63,682 nt of DNA, filler included, from Octopus bimaculoides (GCF_001194135.2; 8 parts of 6 records of this genome joined end to end with filler, not necessarily neighbours in it); one strand, 5' to 3'. Shown: positions 37,411-51,039, counted from the first letter of the whole stretch. Made by a program: numbers and translations. Notes: generated by a model from the letters alone, not told the origin.

Positions 37411-38113
37411 GTGTTTCTAACCAGTTTTATGTAAAGATTTCTCAATTTATCTGCAAGACCCGTCATGTTTGAAATTCGTAATTAGCTATAGATGTAATTA
37501 CATCAAAATCTATAAAAGAGAGGATGTTTGTGTGTGTGTATGCGTGAATGTGGTTTATGCACGTCCACAGATTAGCACGCATGTCGCTCCAATTTTAGGA
37601 GAAGATTCGGAATGACCCTATGTGCATTCTAGTGAACTTTCACTATCAGAGGTACCCGCGTATACCTGTAAAAATCGATAAACTTTTACCAATTTTGAAG
37701 TTTCTTGACATGGCGAAGTCAAATCTGTGCGTACGCGCATGAAGTAGATAGAGAGAGAAATTGTATGTTTGTGAGAGGGAGGGTGAANNNNNNNNNNNNN
37801 NNNNNNNNNNNNNNNNNNNNNNNNNNNNNNNNNNNNNNNNNNNNNNNTCTCTCTCTCTCTCTCTCTATCTTTCTTTCCCTCCCTTACATAAACATGCCAT
37901 TTATCTCTCTTTCTTTCTTTCTTTCTTTCGTTCTCACACACACACACAGCAACATTACACACAAAACACATGTTGCCAAAAAGAAATAGTAGCTATCATT
38001 TTATAGTGAGTATGCCAGACAGAAAGTGTGTGTATGTGAAGTTCTTTTGTTAGTGTGAGAGAGCAGCATGTGTGTGTGTGTAATGTTGCTGTGTGTGTGA
38101 GACAGGGAGAGAG

Positions 38114-38166
<53 letters not shown>

Positions 38167-38495
38167 AATGTGTGTAAGGGAGGGAGAGAGATAGGGAGGG
38201 AGAGAGATAAAGAGGGAGAGAGATAGAGGGGGAGAGAGATAGAGAGGGAGAGAGATAGAGAGGGAGAGCGCGCTCTCTCTATCTCTGCCGAATTGATGTA
38301 AACAAACCCATGTGGTCTGATTTTCACGTTTCTAGGTATTGTGCCGTTAATCGCCATTTCCAAAATATATTTATTTCAAATCACTTATCCGNNNNNNNNN
38401 NNNNNNNNNNNNNNNNNNNNNNNNNNNNNNNNNNNTTAATTAATTAANNNNNNNNNNNNNNNNNNNNNNNNNNNNNNNNNNNNNNNNNNNNAGAG

Positions 38496-38815
38496 AAGAT
38501 GAGGTATAAATAATGGTCACTGCCTATTTTTGTATTGTAGTAAATTTGCCTTACAGTTGTTTTCAGTAGTCATTATAGGTTCGTTGTTGGTTGATTTACT
38601 CAATCGGCTCACTGATCGGCTGAGAAACATTGAACGACCCAGAGAAGCAATGTTATTCTCATTAGAGCCGTTCGTTCAATTTTTCTCAGTCGATCAATGG
38701 ATCGATTGAGTAAACCAATCAATAACGAACCTATAATGGCTTCTAGACACAACTGTAAGTCAAATTTACAACAGTAAAGAAAAATATATAATGACCGTTA
38801 TTTGTGCCTTATCTT
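38496..38815. repeat. Long imperfect palindrome (~143-bp arms, ~80% identity, 34-nt loop)
   Basis: 38496-38637 aligns with the reverse complement of 38672-38815 along its full length. Confidence 0.93.
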
Positions 38816-39188
38816 GTAATATCACTCCGTATACCTGGAACACACCATGGATCTACAATATAGAACGGTGGTGGTCTATAACCCCGGACTCTGTCACCAA
38901 TATATGCGGAGTTCTTTACTAAGCCTGGCATATTAAAAGAAAGCTTATAAAGTATTTTGCCCGGATTGATCGTCCCTCACTAATAACTTTGTTTTATTCA
39001 CATATATTTCATGTTACGTTAAGAAGCGATGCTCGGTACCAGAATTTTCGACTCGATTCAAATATGACAAACTACTCAGAATCCTTGTTAGAATGAACAT
39101 CCGCATAATTGGGGTCTGAACCGGCTAACTTTTACTGGCATCAAGTCGTATAAGTTGTAACATATAAATACTTATATATATATATATA

Positions 39189-39245
39189 CTAGTATTCCCG
39201 TGTCATTAAAACATGACACGGATAAGTGTCATGTTTTAATGACAG
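39189..39245 (-). mobile_element. Helitron-type 3' terminus
   Basis: Minus strand reads CCGTGTCAT-GTTTTA-ATGACACGG-GAATA-CTAG, then T of a (TA)n tract. It overlaps a perfect 19-bp inverted repeat (39201-39219 / 39226-39244). Confidence 0.6.
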
Positions 39246-41571
39246 TAAGTAACCTGAAGGTGATATATATTAAAGTAAGCTGAAAGTGTGATATTTATAC
39301 ATTTATTACAGATTTTTTACAACACAACCTACCTGGCTGGATTCCTAATAAAGTTCATTCACCAAAAGTTATATAACATGATGATAAGCTTTTACGGTGA
39401 AACGTAGGTGAATCATAATACACATATTTTATTTAATATACGTTCACTGGCATATATTACCTATGGGTAATACAAATGAGTTCCCATATAAAATATAATT
39501 TTCAGATGCTAAAGTAAGCACATACATTTTAAACAGTACGCATATACAGCGTACAGTGTTGCTCCATTCTACATTCCAGGAAATATAACCTCATAACTTG
39601 CCTCTCCTAATATCTCCACAACTACATTGAATTTAACATATATACATACACAAACACACACGCACACATATACATGCACACACATACACATAAATAGTAT
39701 AATATATATCTATATGTGGAAGTATGTATATATGTATATATGCACGTGCGTGGTAGAAGCTGTTGCATAAATCTGTGAACGTTGTGTGGTGTGGCCACAT
39801 GGTTACACGTATTTGCAAGTGTGTAAGTGTGAATAGTAACACCGCGTGCATGTGTTTATTGTCCGAGTATGTGTGCACGTTCGTTTTTGAGATTTTGTAT
39901 CTTCATATTATTCTTTTTTTTATCGTTGCTGAGTGTGTTGTATGAGTGGGTGTATATATAAGTTGCCCGGTGCATATAATGTAGGTTCATAGTGTGTGCG
40001 CACGCCTGTGTGTACTCGCGCACGTGCACTGCTACAATAAATGTATGTATGTGTATGTGTAAGTTGAAGGCATGCGTGTGTCCGGTGTAATTTCGTGCAC
40101 GTTTGCATATTAATGTGTTTTTATGGGGTGGGGCGGGGGATGTGTGTATCTGGTATAGTGCATGAATGAATGTCTTGTGTGTGTGTGTGAGTGTATGTGC
40201 ACATGCGTGCGTGTGTGCGTGCGTGTGCGCGTGTCGTTGTTGTGTGTTGCAATTGTATAAGTCGTTTGTGTGATGTGATTAGGAGAAACTAATTGGGTGT
40301 GTTGCATGTTATGTATGATGACTATACTTCAGCTTATCTCCCCTACATCACTCATCAAACTCTTTTCTTTTATTTTCTCACTTCCTGTGACATTTTGAGT
40401 AGATTTTTAACTTCGTTATAATTTTTTTCTCTTTCCGCTTTTTCCTCTTCTCTGGTTCATTCCTCTGATGAAAGACTTACATCCGAAACGTCAAAATTAT
40501 TTTTATCTCTATTTCACTGTGCATGAAACTAATAAATTTAACTTTTATTGTATTATATCTTATCTTTCGTGTTTGGTTTTATTTCCATCTATCAGTGGCT
40601 CATAACGGATATACATCTACCAACTCTACTTCGATTCTTATAGTTCTTACATAACTAGATTTTGACTTCAGGTTACCATTAAATTACACTTTCTATCTTA
40701 TACTTTTTACTTTCATTTTGGTTCTCCATTTTGAGGGTGATCCCATACACAAAAAATGCAACCTGTCTCCACGCAAGTTCACATCGAACAACATTGAAGT
40801 GTCAAGCGTCTAATGAGTGCGAATGCGCAAGAAACAGGCTGAAGTAAGCTACTTACCAGTGCTTGAAGTTTAGTGTTGACAAAAACCGAACTTTTAAACC
40901 AACCCACATATATATATTTCTACACACAATATATACAATATTGTTTCAAATTTTGGCGCAAGGCCAGCAAGTTCAGGGGGTAGGGGTAAGTCGATTACAT
41001 CGACCCTAGTACGAAGCTGGTACTTATTTTATCGATCCCGAAAAGAATGAAAGGCAAAGTCNNNNNNNNNNNNNNNNNNNNNNNNNNNNNNNNNNNNNNN
41101 NNNNNNNNNNNNNNNNNNNNNNNNNNNNNNNNNNNNNNNNNNNNNNNNNNNNNNNNNNNNNNNNNNNNNNNNNNNNNNNNNNNNNNNNNNNNNNNNNNNN
41201 NNNNNNNNNNNNNNNNNNNNNNNNNNNNNNNNNNNNNNNNNNNNNNNNNNNNNNNNNNNNNNNNNNNNNNNNNNNNNNNNNNNNNNNNNNNNNNNNNNNN
41301 NNNNNNNNNNNNNNNNNNNNNNNNNNNNNNNNNNNNNNNNNNNNNNNNNNNNNNNNNNNNNNNNNNNNNNNNNNNNNNNNNNNNNNNNNNNNNNNNNNNN
41401 NNNNNNNNNNNNNNNNNNNNNNNNNNNNNNNNNNNNNNNNNNNNNNNNNNNNNNNNNNNNNNNNNNNNNNNNNNNNNNNNNNNNNNNNNNNNNNNNNNCC
41501 TACTTATCTCCCTTAGATTTATTTTCATATTTCACACAAAACAAGTACTCTTTTCGTTATCGCAGAAGTAT

Positions 41572-41957
41572 TTGTTGGCACTCCGTCGCTTACGACGTCG
41601 AGGGTTCCAGTTGATTCGACCAACGGAACAGCCTGCTCGTGAAATTAACGTGCAAGTGGCTGAGCACTCCACAGGCACGTGTACCCTTAACGTAGTTCTC
41701 AGGGATATTCAGCGTGACACAGTGTGACAAGGCTGGCCCTTTGAATTACAGGCACAACAGAAACAGGAAGTAAGAACGAGAGAAAGCTGTGGTGAAAGAG
41801 TACAGCAGGGTTCGCCATTACCCCCTGCCGGAGCCACGTGAAGCTTTTTTAGGTGTTTTCGCTCAATAAACACTCACAACGCCCGGTCTGGGAATCGAAT
41901 CCGCGATCCTATGACCGCGAGTCCACTGCCCTAACCACTAGGCCATTGCGCCTCCAC
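41572..41957 (-). mobile_element. tRNA-derived SINE, full length, 13-bp TSD
   Basis: TSD ATCGCAGAAGTAT at 41559-41571 and 41958-41970. Pol III A/B-box head and CAA tail; roughly 90% identical to 57000-57380. Confidence 0.92.
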
Positions 41958-44542
41958 ATCGCAGAAGTATATTTAATTGAAATCAAATATTTGAACAAAT
42001 TATCTTAACTTTCTAAATAGTTGTGAATTAATCTAGACTCGCATACGTTTCAAAAACACTCTATAAACGACCTCATATCAATTCTTTGTTTTTTTTATGA
42101 GTTATATACAGAGAAACAAAATCATTCGTGGCATTTCATGTTATTCTGTTATTTATCTATTTCTGGTTGTTCGCTGATCGCCTCAGCCTCCCTTCACCCC
42201 TACTACCACCATCATTACCTCTGTCACAACCACTACAAACATTAGCATCGCCGTCACCACCACCACCTCCACCACCATCACCATCCAGCACCACTACTAT
42301 CGCCGCCGCCGCCGCCACCACCACCACCACCACCACCAGGCCGTTGTATGTTCGCCATTTGTCAACCAATATGAAAACAAAACTCACTTTTGTTTATGNN
42401 NNNNNNNNNNNNNNNNNNNNNNNNNNNNNNNNNNNNNNNNNNTTAATTAATTAANNNNNNNNNNNNNNNNNNNNNNNNNNNNNNNNNNNNNNNNNNNNAT
42501 ATATATATATATATACCTGTGTGTGGGAGTCAGTGTGTGTGTGTATGAATGTGTGCGTGCGTGTGTGTCTGTGTTTGTCCCCCACAGCCGGTTGACAACT
42601 GGTTTTAATGTGTTTAAGTACTCGAAATTTGGTAGTCCGTCGAAAGAACCCGAGAGGATAAGTACCAGGCTTAAGATTATTGGGTTCGAGTCATTGGGTT
42701 AAAAGTTCTTCAAAGCGATGGCCTAGCATGGCCGCCGTCTAATGATTGAAACAGTTAAAAGATAAAATATAAGATATATTTATGTACGTATATATATATA
42801 TATATATAGTTCATATGTATATATCTGTATATATGTATATGTATGGATATGTATATATGTGAATATATATGTGTATATATATTTATATAAACACACACAC
42901 ACACATATATATATATTAGATTATGTACAAGTAAGATACTGAGGTGGAAAATACCAAAATACTCAAGTTTGCTTCACAAGCAGGTAAAACAAATTACTAC
43001 CTTAAAATATCAATCTTCAATCCTAGCAAGAATGCTACACACACTCGACATGTAGTAATAGATAAAATGAAATTTCTCATCTAGGCAAATTAATAACCAA
43101 CTGCAAATCTTCCGTTATATAAGAGGGAAAGAAAAACATCACCACTTCTTAAACTGTGGGAAACTTCCTCAATTTACTCTTTGTTCGAAGATCTACCACA
43201 AAATAGATCAACGTTTCCTCAGGTAAACATCTAAGCTAAAGAAACTGGCACTAACTAGAAATCGATGAAGTATTTTATGACAGATGGTGTAATAATACGA
43301 TACTAGTTTTCTCACAATATATTCATAATAATGTCAGTAAGGAAATATGAAAATATATAGCTTCACTTCAGTGTCCGTGGTTAAATACTTATAGTCACTT
43401 TGATATCTCAGATGATACAATACACAATTGAAAGCGTTATGCAAACGCTATGTGTATTCCTTTTTATCACACAGCTATGCTGGTAGTTCAATTGTTGTAG
43501 TTGCACCCAAGGCTTGATTTTGTAAATCACTCACTCGTTACCGTGGCATTAGAGTTGGCGTATCTTAGGCTGTAGCTTAGACTATACATCTCGATGGATC
43601 CCATCCTCCTTTAAGCTGAATCTAAGATGCAGCTAATGAGCTGTACTCATTAACGAAAGCTAATGAAATACTAATCAAATCTATCGAACTGTCACTGATT
43701 ACTATGGTAAAGTAAAATCCTCACCTTGCTACTTAGGTATTGCTGAAAGTATTGTGAAGCGAATTATTTTATTAGCCAAGGGCAGAGTACATTAAAAGAC
43801 ATATCGGAGAATCTTATTGATTTAGTTTATCTGCTACTTCGAATTTGAGGTAGCCATTAGCAAAATGTTGCAATCTATATGATCTATCTGGAAACCTTGA
43901 TTGTGAAACTGATATGATTTTGTAGTAACTAGATCAAACACAAAATAAAAGAATATAAAGATGAACAGGCATAAATGGATTCGGTTATAATATGGAAGTC
44001 AGCAATACTGTTAAAAGCTGTACATGAATATACGCCACTATACGTTGCAGAATATTGTAGGTGAGTCATTTAACGCAAAACTGACGCACTCCTTGCTATG
44101 TAGACTTTATACTAATCCACTTTGTAACGTCAAATACACGCATTCACATTAACAAAAGTGCCAATTTCGGCCGTTTTGCTTTCCAATTATGTTTGTACTT
44201 CATTATGATTATATCTCACTATCTGTTGACTCATAGCAGGGTTGGGGGTAACATATGAATTTTTTGCATCGTGTAATGCTTATCTGTTAGGGAAAAATTA
44301 CATTTATGAAAAGTATTATCATGCTTTATTCTAACTTTTTTTTTATTCTTGCACTGAGTTTAGTGTCTTCAGAAGTTTTAATCGATTACCTCAATACCAA
44401 TACTTATTATACTGTAGTAATACTTTATCGATATCAAATTTTCAAATCTCTAAGTTAAGTTTTTTAAAACCGGTATTGTGCTGAAGGTGTAAAAACAAAC
44501 ATGAAAATATGGTTGGTGACATATAATATTATATATATATAT

Positions 44543-44764
44543 ATTGTGGAGATGTACTTGCATAGCAAGTGACCTGATCTGAGATCGTGTGCTGGAACGA
44601 AAACAATTGCAGCGTGGAAGGTGTTTATAAGACATTTAAAATAACACACAAAAACCGTTAGATTCACTTCAACATTTAAATTTAATTTGTCAAAATACTT
44701 TCGTCGCTTTGAGACCGCGACCTGTTCACTGACAAAGTTCTGTGCTGCTTCTGTATTGTGTGTA
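44543..44764 (-). mobile_element. Interspersed repeat (probable Penelope-type terminal repeat) hosting the variant hammerhead
   Basis: Complex sequence between a (TA)n tract and an N gap. The assignment is inferred from the embedded hammerhead fold and the microsatellite flank. Confidence 0.45.
44686..44736 (-). ncRNA. Minimal type I hammerhead-like ribozyme with a swapped G3:C8 core
   Basis: Minus strand reads TTTGTCA-GTGAACA-G-GTCGC-GGTCTCAAA-GCGAC-GAAA-GTAT-T-T-TGACAAA. It has a 7-bp stem I, a 5-bp stem II closed by G10.1:C11.1, GAAA, a self-complementary AGTATT stem III and a UUU triplet. Confidence 0.65.
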
Positions 44765-46788
44765 NNNNNNNNNNNNNNNNNNNNNNNNNNNNNNNNNNNN
44801 NNNNNNNNNNNNNNNNNNNNNNNNNNNNNNNNNNNNNNNNNNNNNNNNNNNNNNNNNNNNNNNNNNNNNNNNNNNNNNNNNNNNNNNNNNNNNNNNNNNN
44901 NNNNNNNNNNNNNNNNNNNNNNNNNNNNNNNNNNNNNNNNNNNNNNNNNNNNNNNNNNNNNNNNNNNNNNNNNNNNNNNNNNNNNNNNNNNNNNNNNNNN
45001 NNNNNNNNNNNNNNNNNNNNNNNNNNNNNNNNNNNNNNNNNNNNNNNNNNNNNNNNNNNNNNNNNNNNNNNNNNNNNNNNNNNNNNNNNNNNNNNNNNNN
45101 NNNNNNNNNNNNNNNNNNNNNNNNNNNNNNNNNNNNNNNNNNNNNNNNNNNNNNNNNNNNNNNNNNNNNNNNNNNNNNNNNNNNNNNNNNNNNNNNNNNN
45201 NNNNNNNNNNNNNNNNNNNNNNNNNNNNNNNNNNNNNNNNNNNNNNNNNNNNNNNNNNNNNNNNNNNNNNNNNNNNNNNNNNNNNNNNNNNNNNNNNNNN
45301 NNNNNNNNNNNNNNNNNNNNNNNNNNNNNNNNNNNNNNNNNNNNNNNNNNNNNNNNNNNNNNNNNNNNNNNNNNNNNNNNNNNNNNNNNNNNNNNNNNNN
45401 NNNNNNNNNNNNNNNNNNNNNNNNNNNNNNNNNNNNNNNNNNNNNNNNNNNNNNNNNNNNNNNNNNNNNNNNNNNNNNNNNNNNNNNNNNNNNNNNNNNN
45501 NNNNNNNNNNNNNNNNNNNNNNNNNNNNNNNNNNNNNNNNNNNNNNNNNNNNNNNNNNNNNNNNNNNNNNNNNNNNNNNNNNNNNNNNNNNNNNNNNNNN
45601 NNNNNNNNNNNNNNNNNNNNNNNNNNNNNNNNNNNNNNNNNNNNNNNNNNNNNNNNNNNNNNNNNNNNNNNNNNNNNNNNNNNNNNNNNNNNNNNNNNNN
45701 NTATATATATATATATATATATTAAAATTAATCAAGGACATACTAAGTATGTCTACTTGCTTGAAATAACAGTCAAAACTCGTTATTAAATCGCCGAAAA
45801 ATACACTGGTGATAACTACAGAAATCAAACGAAGGCAAATTTGGTTAAGACAATCTACTTACAAACATTTAAGTATTTAGATTCACGTGGACTAGTTTCT
45901 GCATTGGCACAATATGCCCTATCTTCTTCAACATGCATTGCCAGGATAAGAGATTCCCAACCTATCCTTCTGAACTCTGTGCCGCTACTGATTCGCTTCG
46001 CGCCGAAATCACAGCAGCTTCCCAAAGTAAAATAATCTCGTTACAGTATTACGAGAAAAATAATTTATTAATCCCTCGGCTATCTAAATGCTACTTTTTG
46101 GCCTGCTGTCGCTTGTCTCGTTGATTCTGTTATTATCATTCTTAAATTAGTCACATTAACGATACCTTTGTAAATTAATTATATATATCATACGCACATA
46201 CACAGACATACATATGTTTATATATGACGACGGCTTCTGATCATGATTTCCGTTTACCAAATTCTGCCTAACACAGTATTAGTCAGTTTCCAGATTAACA
46301 TAAAAGATTCTTGATCAAAGTTATTTGCAGTGGGATTGCGCCTGAAACTCTTTACTTGAGATGTAAATTTCTTAACCACGTAGTAATGTTTGCACCATAA
46401 CAAAAAGGAAAATACACACTTGAAAATTATATATATTACTCCTTAGCTAAGAACGCTCTTTGAAGGGGATACAGTATCCTATCGAATTGATCAGCTGTAA
46501 CTTTTATGGATAGTATTGATCTATTATATGCACGTAAGCACACATATTAGAGAAAACGGTGTAACCAATTGAATCGATATCGGAACGATGTAAAGCGACA
46601 TCGAGCCCAGTGACTTTTGAACGCAGAGTATAAAAGTGATTGAGATAAACGCTTGCGTTTCTACACTGTTTGTTCTGAATTATTTCACGTTCGACCAATG
46701 AATTGTATTTACTTCAGTGCAAGCTTAAATTTAATTTTAATCTGAATCAATAATCTCGGAGATTCACTGAGATAAACTTCTGAAGCAA

Positions 46789-47010
46789 TACGTGGTGTTA
46801 TTGAAATGTTCCTGGCTTTGGATAAAAGAATGTAGAACAGAATCAGCTAATTATGTTTTTATCCAATATATCCCCCTCTCAGATTCACTCACTTATTGCA
46901 GGGATCCTCCAGTTGTCTAAGTCCTGTAAAAGAACTCGGAAGTTTGGACCTCGAATCAAGCCTTTCGCGATACCCTTAAATCCAGAAACTTTCCAGCACT
47001 CCCTCATGTA
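46789..47010. mobile_element. Mariner-type MITE, decayed
   Basis: Imperfect TA-flanked TIRs: TACGTGGTGTTATTGAAATGTTCCTGGCTTT versus reverse-complement TACATGAGGGAGTGCTGGAAAGTTTCTGGATTT. Confidence 0.5.
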
Positions 47011-50000
47011 GGTCCCCTGTTTAACTGGATGTTGTTAGAGTTCATTGCCGACTTCATTGAAATGAATTTGGTCTAACAGGATTATTGGGAACTACCTGCA
47101 TGTTTGCTACCATCTTCATAAACGTAGACTCCTGCTTCTGTTTGGTGAAATATGCACTGGAAAATTAGAGCAGCGGCAATTTTTTTGGAGCATGCAAGCT
47201 ACATTGTCAATATAGGCAAACTTACAGATTTTCGATGATATTTAAAGAGAGGAAAGGTAAGATTTAAGATAAATTAGAACACTTAATTTGTAATAGATAA
47301 TTAAATTTTATATTAAACATTTATATTATAATGACAGAATTCAATATGGAATTTTTAATTTAGTGGTTGGCAGTGAGGCTACAGATTCGATAGACCTGAA
47401 TTGGTAGCACCTTGCGTATTTTAGCTAAGTTTCTTCGTGATATAGCTTTTACTTTTCGGTTCTCCTCGGTTCTTTGTTGAACCTATAAATTAAACATCAA
47501 TCAAGTATTGACATCTGAATAACTGACCGTACCCAGCTCCTAAAGTTCATTGCCAGAATGTTAGTTCTGTATCGTGGCGTTGTAACTTGAAATAATAACA
47601 TATTCATCAGACATCATCACGATAAACGTTTCCCGTCTGGCGAAGAGAGAATAAGTACCAGTGATATATTAAATTTTGTTTAATATATTGAAGTTGCTTT
47701 TATTGCTTTGCACAGAAACTGGACGTGTGCCTAATAGACAGAAAATCAATTATGTTACTCGGTTGTTTATACAAGTTGATTGAAGTTAGTTACTAATTAG
47801 ATATGAATCTGTGACTGGCTCATAAATTAGGCAGCAGATAACATTTTAATGTGTTAAGTTGAGAGAGAAAGTCATTTGAATATTGTACTCACAGCGTATT
47901 AACACGACAAAGGCATTGGAGAATAAATAATATATATGTGCTTAGATAAGAGAACAATTCAAATTCAATGTAGGTAATTATCTGAAGAAAACTAAAATAT
48001 ATTTGAAATCGCTATAACTGACAAGTGTAACAAACAACATTTTTCACAAACACCTGATTATCCGACGCTTGTTTTCCTCACTAATGTATAAACTGGAAAC
48101 CTTCCAAAAAAAGAATGATATAATGTATCTTTATTATTTAAGGATAACCTTTCGGACTTTAAAAGATGTAATTGTTTGAAATTCTCTTGTGAAAAAACAA
48201 AAAAAACAAAAACAAAGGAATATGTCAGATAAATATGTACAAAAGAAAAGCTAACTGAAACAACAGCAAGTATCGTTTGTTATTTCCAGTGTTGAAGATT
48301 ATGAGATAGTTTAGCACTTTATTAACTGTTAAAATATAACTTAACAATTTGTACACATTATTCAAAGAATTTCTGCCTACAGCAGAAAGTATATTACCTG
48401 ATTAATGACAAGCAGAAGAGAAATAAAATAAATGCAATTATCTATTTATGCGTGAATCTTTCACTTTCTTTAAGCTGCCTTACCTTTGAAGTTAGCTAGT
48501 TGCATGTATGATAGAGTTAAAACATTTTCCGCTCATGTAAGTCTATGCAGTATATTGCGGTGAGGAATGCAGAGCAGGAGATAATGTGGAGGTGATGAAA
48601 GATCATAACACTGTTTCGATTCTCGTATGTGCATTAATTTTTGTCACGTTGCTAATATCTGAAAAAACGTTGAATTGCGTAATGTCGGACTATATCAATT
48701 CTAGAAAAAATAAAAAGCATTATATTGTGACGAGAAGAATTTAACAAATGGTAAACTTCTTGCAATGATTAACTTTGAACTTACAAATATGCATTCCAAA
48801 TTCAGTATATCGCCTTTCATCATAAGACTAACTCCGTATATGGCCATAAATCACTTGCGAATGTATGAAACTCGCAATAGTTACGTAGGGGAGATTTTTA
48901 AGTGATAATTTGTGGATATTGTAACGAGTTGTAAAAATAAGATAGCAAAATATTTCTAAGATAACGAAAGGAAAATAGAAACGTTATGAATTACTACCGA
49001 TGTTTAGCCATAGATGAGTTTTGATTGAATAAATCTATAGAAGGTCTGTAAAAGGTCTGTAGAATATTTATAGAAAGTTTATAGAAAGTACTTCTGATGT
49101 TACCAATCTGTGCTGCCTTACTTCTGGGTATACAATAGAATATGTCTTACCTTTATATTTAAATATGGCAGGGTGTGATACGAGTTAGATTTAGCAATTA
49201 TTTCTTGCAGCTCGACTGATCAGTTAGAGGTATTTGCATCAACATTAGTTGCAGCTTATTGGATTGACAATTTGTCAGTGTACGGAGAGATATAACCATA
49301 TAACCACGGTTTATATCTTAAAAACGACACCGTACAAGTCACATTGAAATAACACTCGACTATTGATGGCATGTCAGAATAGCTGAAAATGTGTGTACCT
49401 CGTAGCGCGAAAGAACGTAATAAGCATTTAAAAGAACGAAACGCTTGAAACTGATGACTGTTTATTTACATTGCCTGAGGTTAGTCAAGATGGTATTTAG
49501 TTCCAGATCGACCTTGAAGAAAGCAAACCTCTGATAGAAAATATTTTATGCGGGCCATGTATTTTAGGGATATTTAGAACAATTTTAAATAAGTATTTTA
49601 AATAAAACCATGATAAACTCTAGGCAAAGATTTTGTAGCTGCGACATACCGCGGTATTTTTAGACGTTGTATATTTTGGAACACATTATACAATGCATCC
49701 TTTCCCCATTTTTTATAACGATAGGAGACCGCACTGATATTTACAAAAACGTGAGAACTCGAATATTTTAAATGCACCAAACAGTACCGATATATTTCTT
49801 TGTAGGAAAGAGCAACATAAACGAGCATCTCTGCTTTAAGACAGTATATATATATATATNNNNNNNNNNNNNNNNNNNNNNNNNNNNNNNNNNNNNNNNN
49901 NNNTTAATTAATTAANNNNNNNNNNNNNNNNNNNNNNNNNNNNNNNNNNNNNNNNNNNNTATATATATATATATATATATATATCTGTCTTTCTTTAATC

Positions 50001-51039
50001 TTACCACCTGAACATCATCTTCTGCTGAATATTGTATCCTAAATATATCTCTTTCTCTTTATCTTTCCCTCCCCACCCTACAGCACATCATTAACACTTC
50101 TTTCTCCCTCTTTTCTCTCTTCTACTTTTCTCTCACCATTTCTTTTCTAGCTCTTCGCCTCTCCCTTCAACTAACCGCATGACGCATTTGGATTATAATA
50201 AACCCGTCTCTACTTCTTTACATCTTCTGTACTCACATTCCTCCCCCGCTCTCTTTCTCTCTCTCTCCCTCTCACTTCACATCCACCTCTCACTCAGTCC
50301 GCCTCCACCTCTCATTCACTCCACCTCTCACTCATTCCACCTCCGCCTCCCCCTCTCACTCGTTCTATCTCCACCTCTCTAACTATCTAAAGTATAACGA
50401 GTAAACGAACAAGTAGATTATTATATAGACATATATCTCAGAACAACGAATAGTTTATTTATAAGGGTTTCGTAATCCGGTCAAAATATTTGTTAAACTT
50501 TCTGCAGATACAAGTATACTAGGCTAACAAAACAAGAAAAAGGCAATTCAGAGTCTTAATTCGATGTCAAGTTCCAGTACCAGTCGAATTTGTAAATCCA
50601 TGGTTGAATTACCGAGTGAATATGGTATATTTTTATAGAATGATATATGAACAAAAAAAGGAGTAAATAATGGACTTTATACATTTATTTTTGCGTAATA
50701 GATTTACAACTGTTTCAGATGTGCATTTGGGTGCGTTCATGGTTCAATCTAATTAATCGAATTGATTTCATATTCAGTGTACTGATACACTTTTATAGGC
50801 TAATTAATAAAGTGAAAGTAATTTTCGCTATAAATCAATAAATAAAAAGTTATTAGTAATTAAAGTTTGACATTTTTGGTATGACTGTTTTGATAGTAAG
50901 AAGCGGAACATGAGAACTCATTTGTGTATTGCTATAGTTACATTCTTTGAAAAGTGTTTTATCTGCGAGGAAGCGTGTGTTGACAAATTTGACGCTGTGT
51001 TCTGTGTGATTATAGCAGCAAGCTCCTGTAACTTCGCTT

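Noticed and set aside
43300-43520. ERY/CxP-like rhodopsin GPCR trace on the plus strand
   Set aside because: Needs frameshifts, spacing to the upstream Cys is off, and no other helices align.
43630-43665. CTAATGA...GAAAGCTA hammerhead-like string
   Set aside because: G5 is altered and stem I does not pair; a simple TAATGAG/CTCATTA hairpin explains it.
48595-48747. 50-codon frame with a signal-peptide-like hydrophobic run (MKDHNTVSILVCALIFVTLLIS)
   Set aside because: Short, no recognisable domain, weak splice signals; expected by chance in AT-rich DNA.
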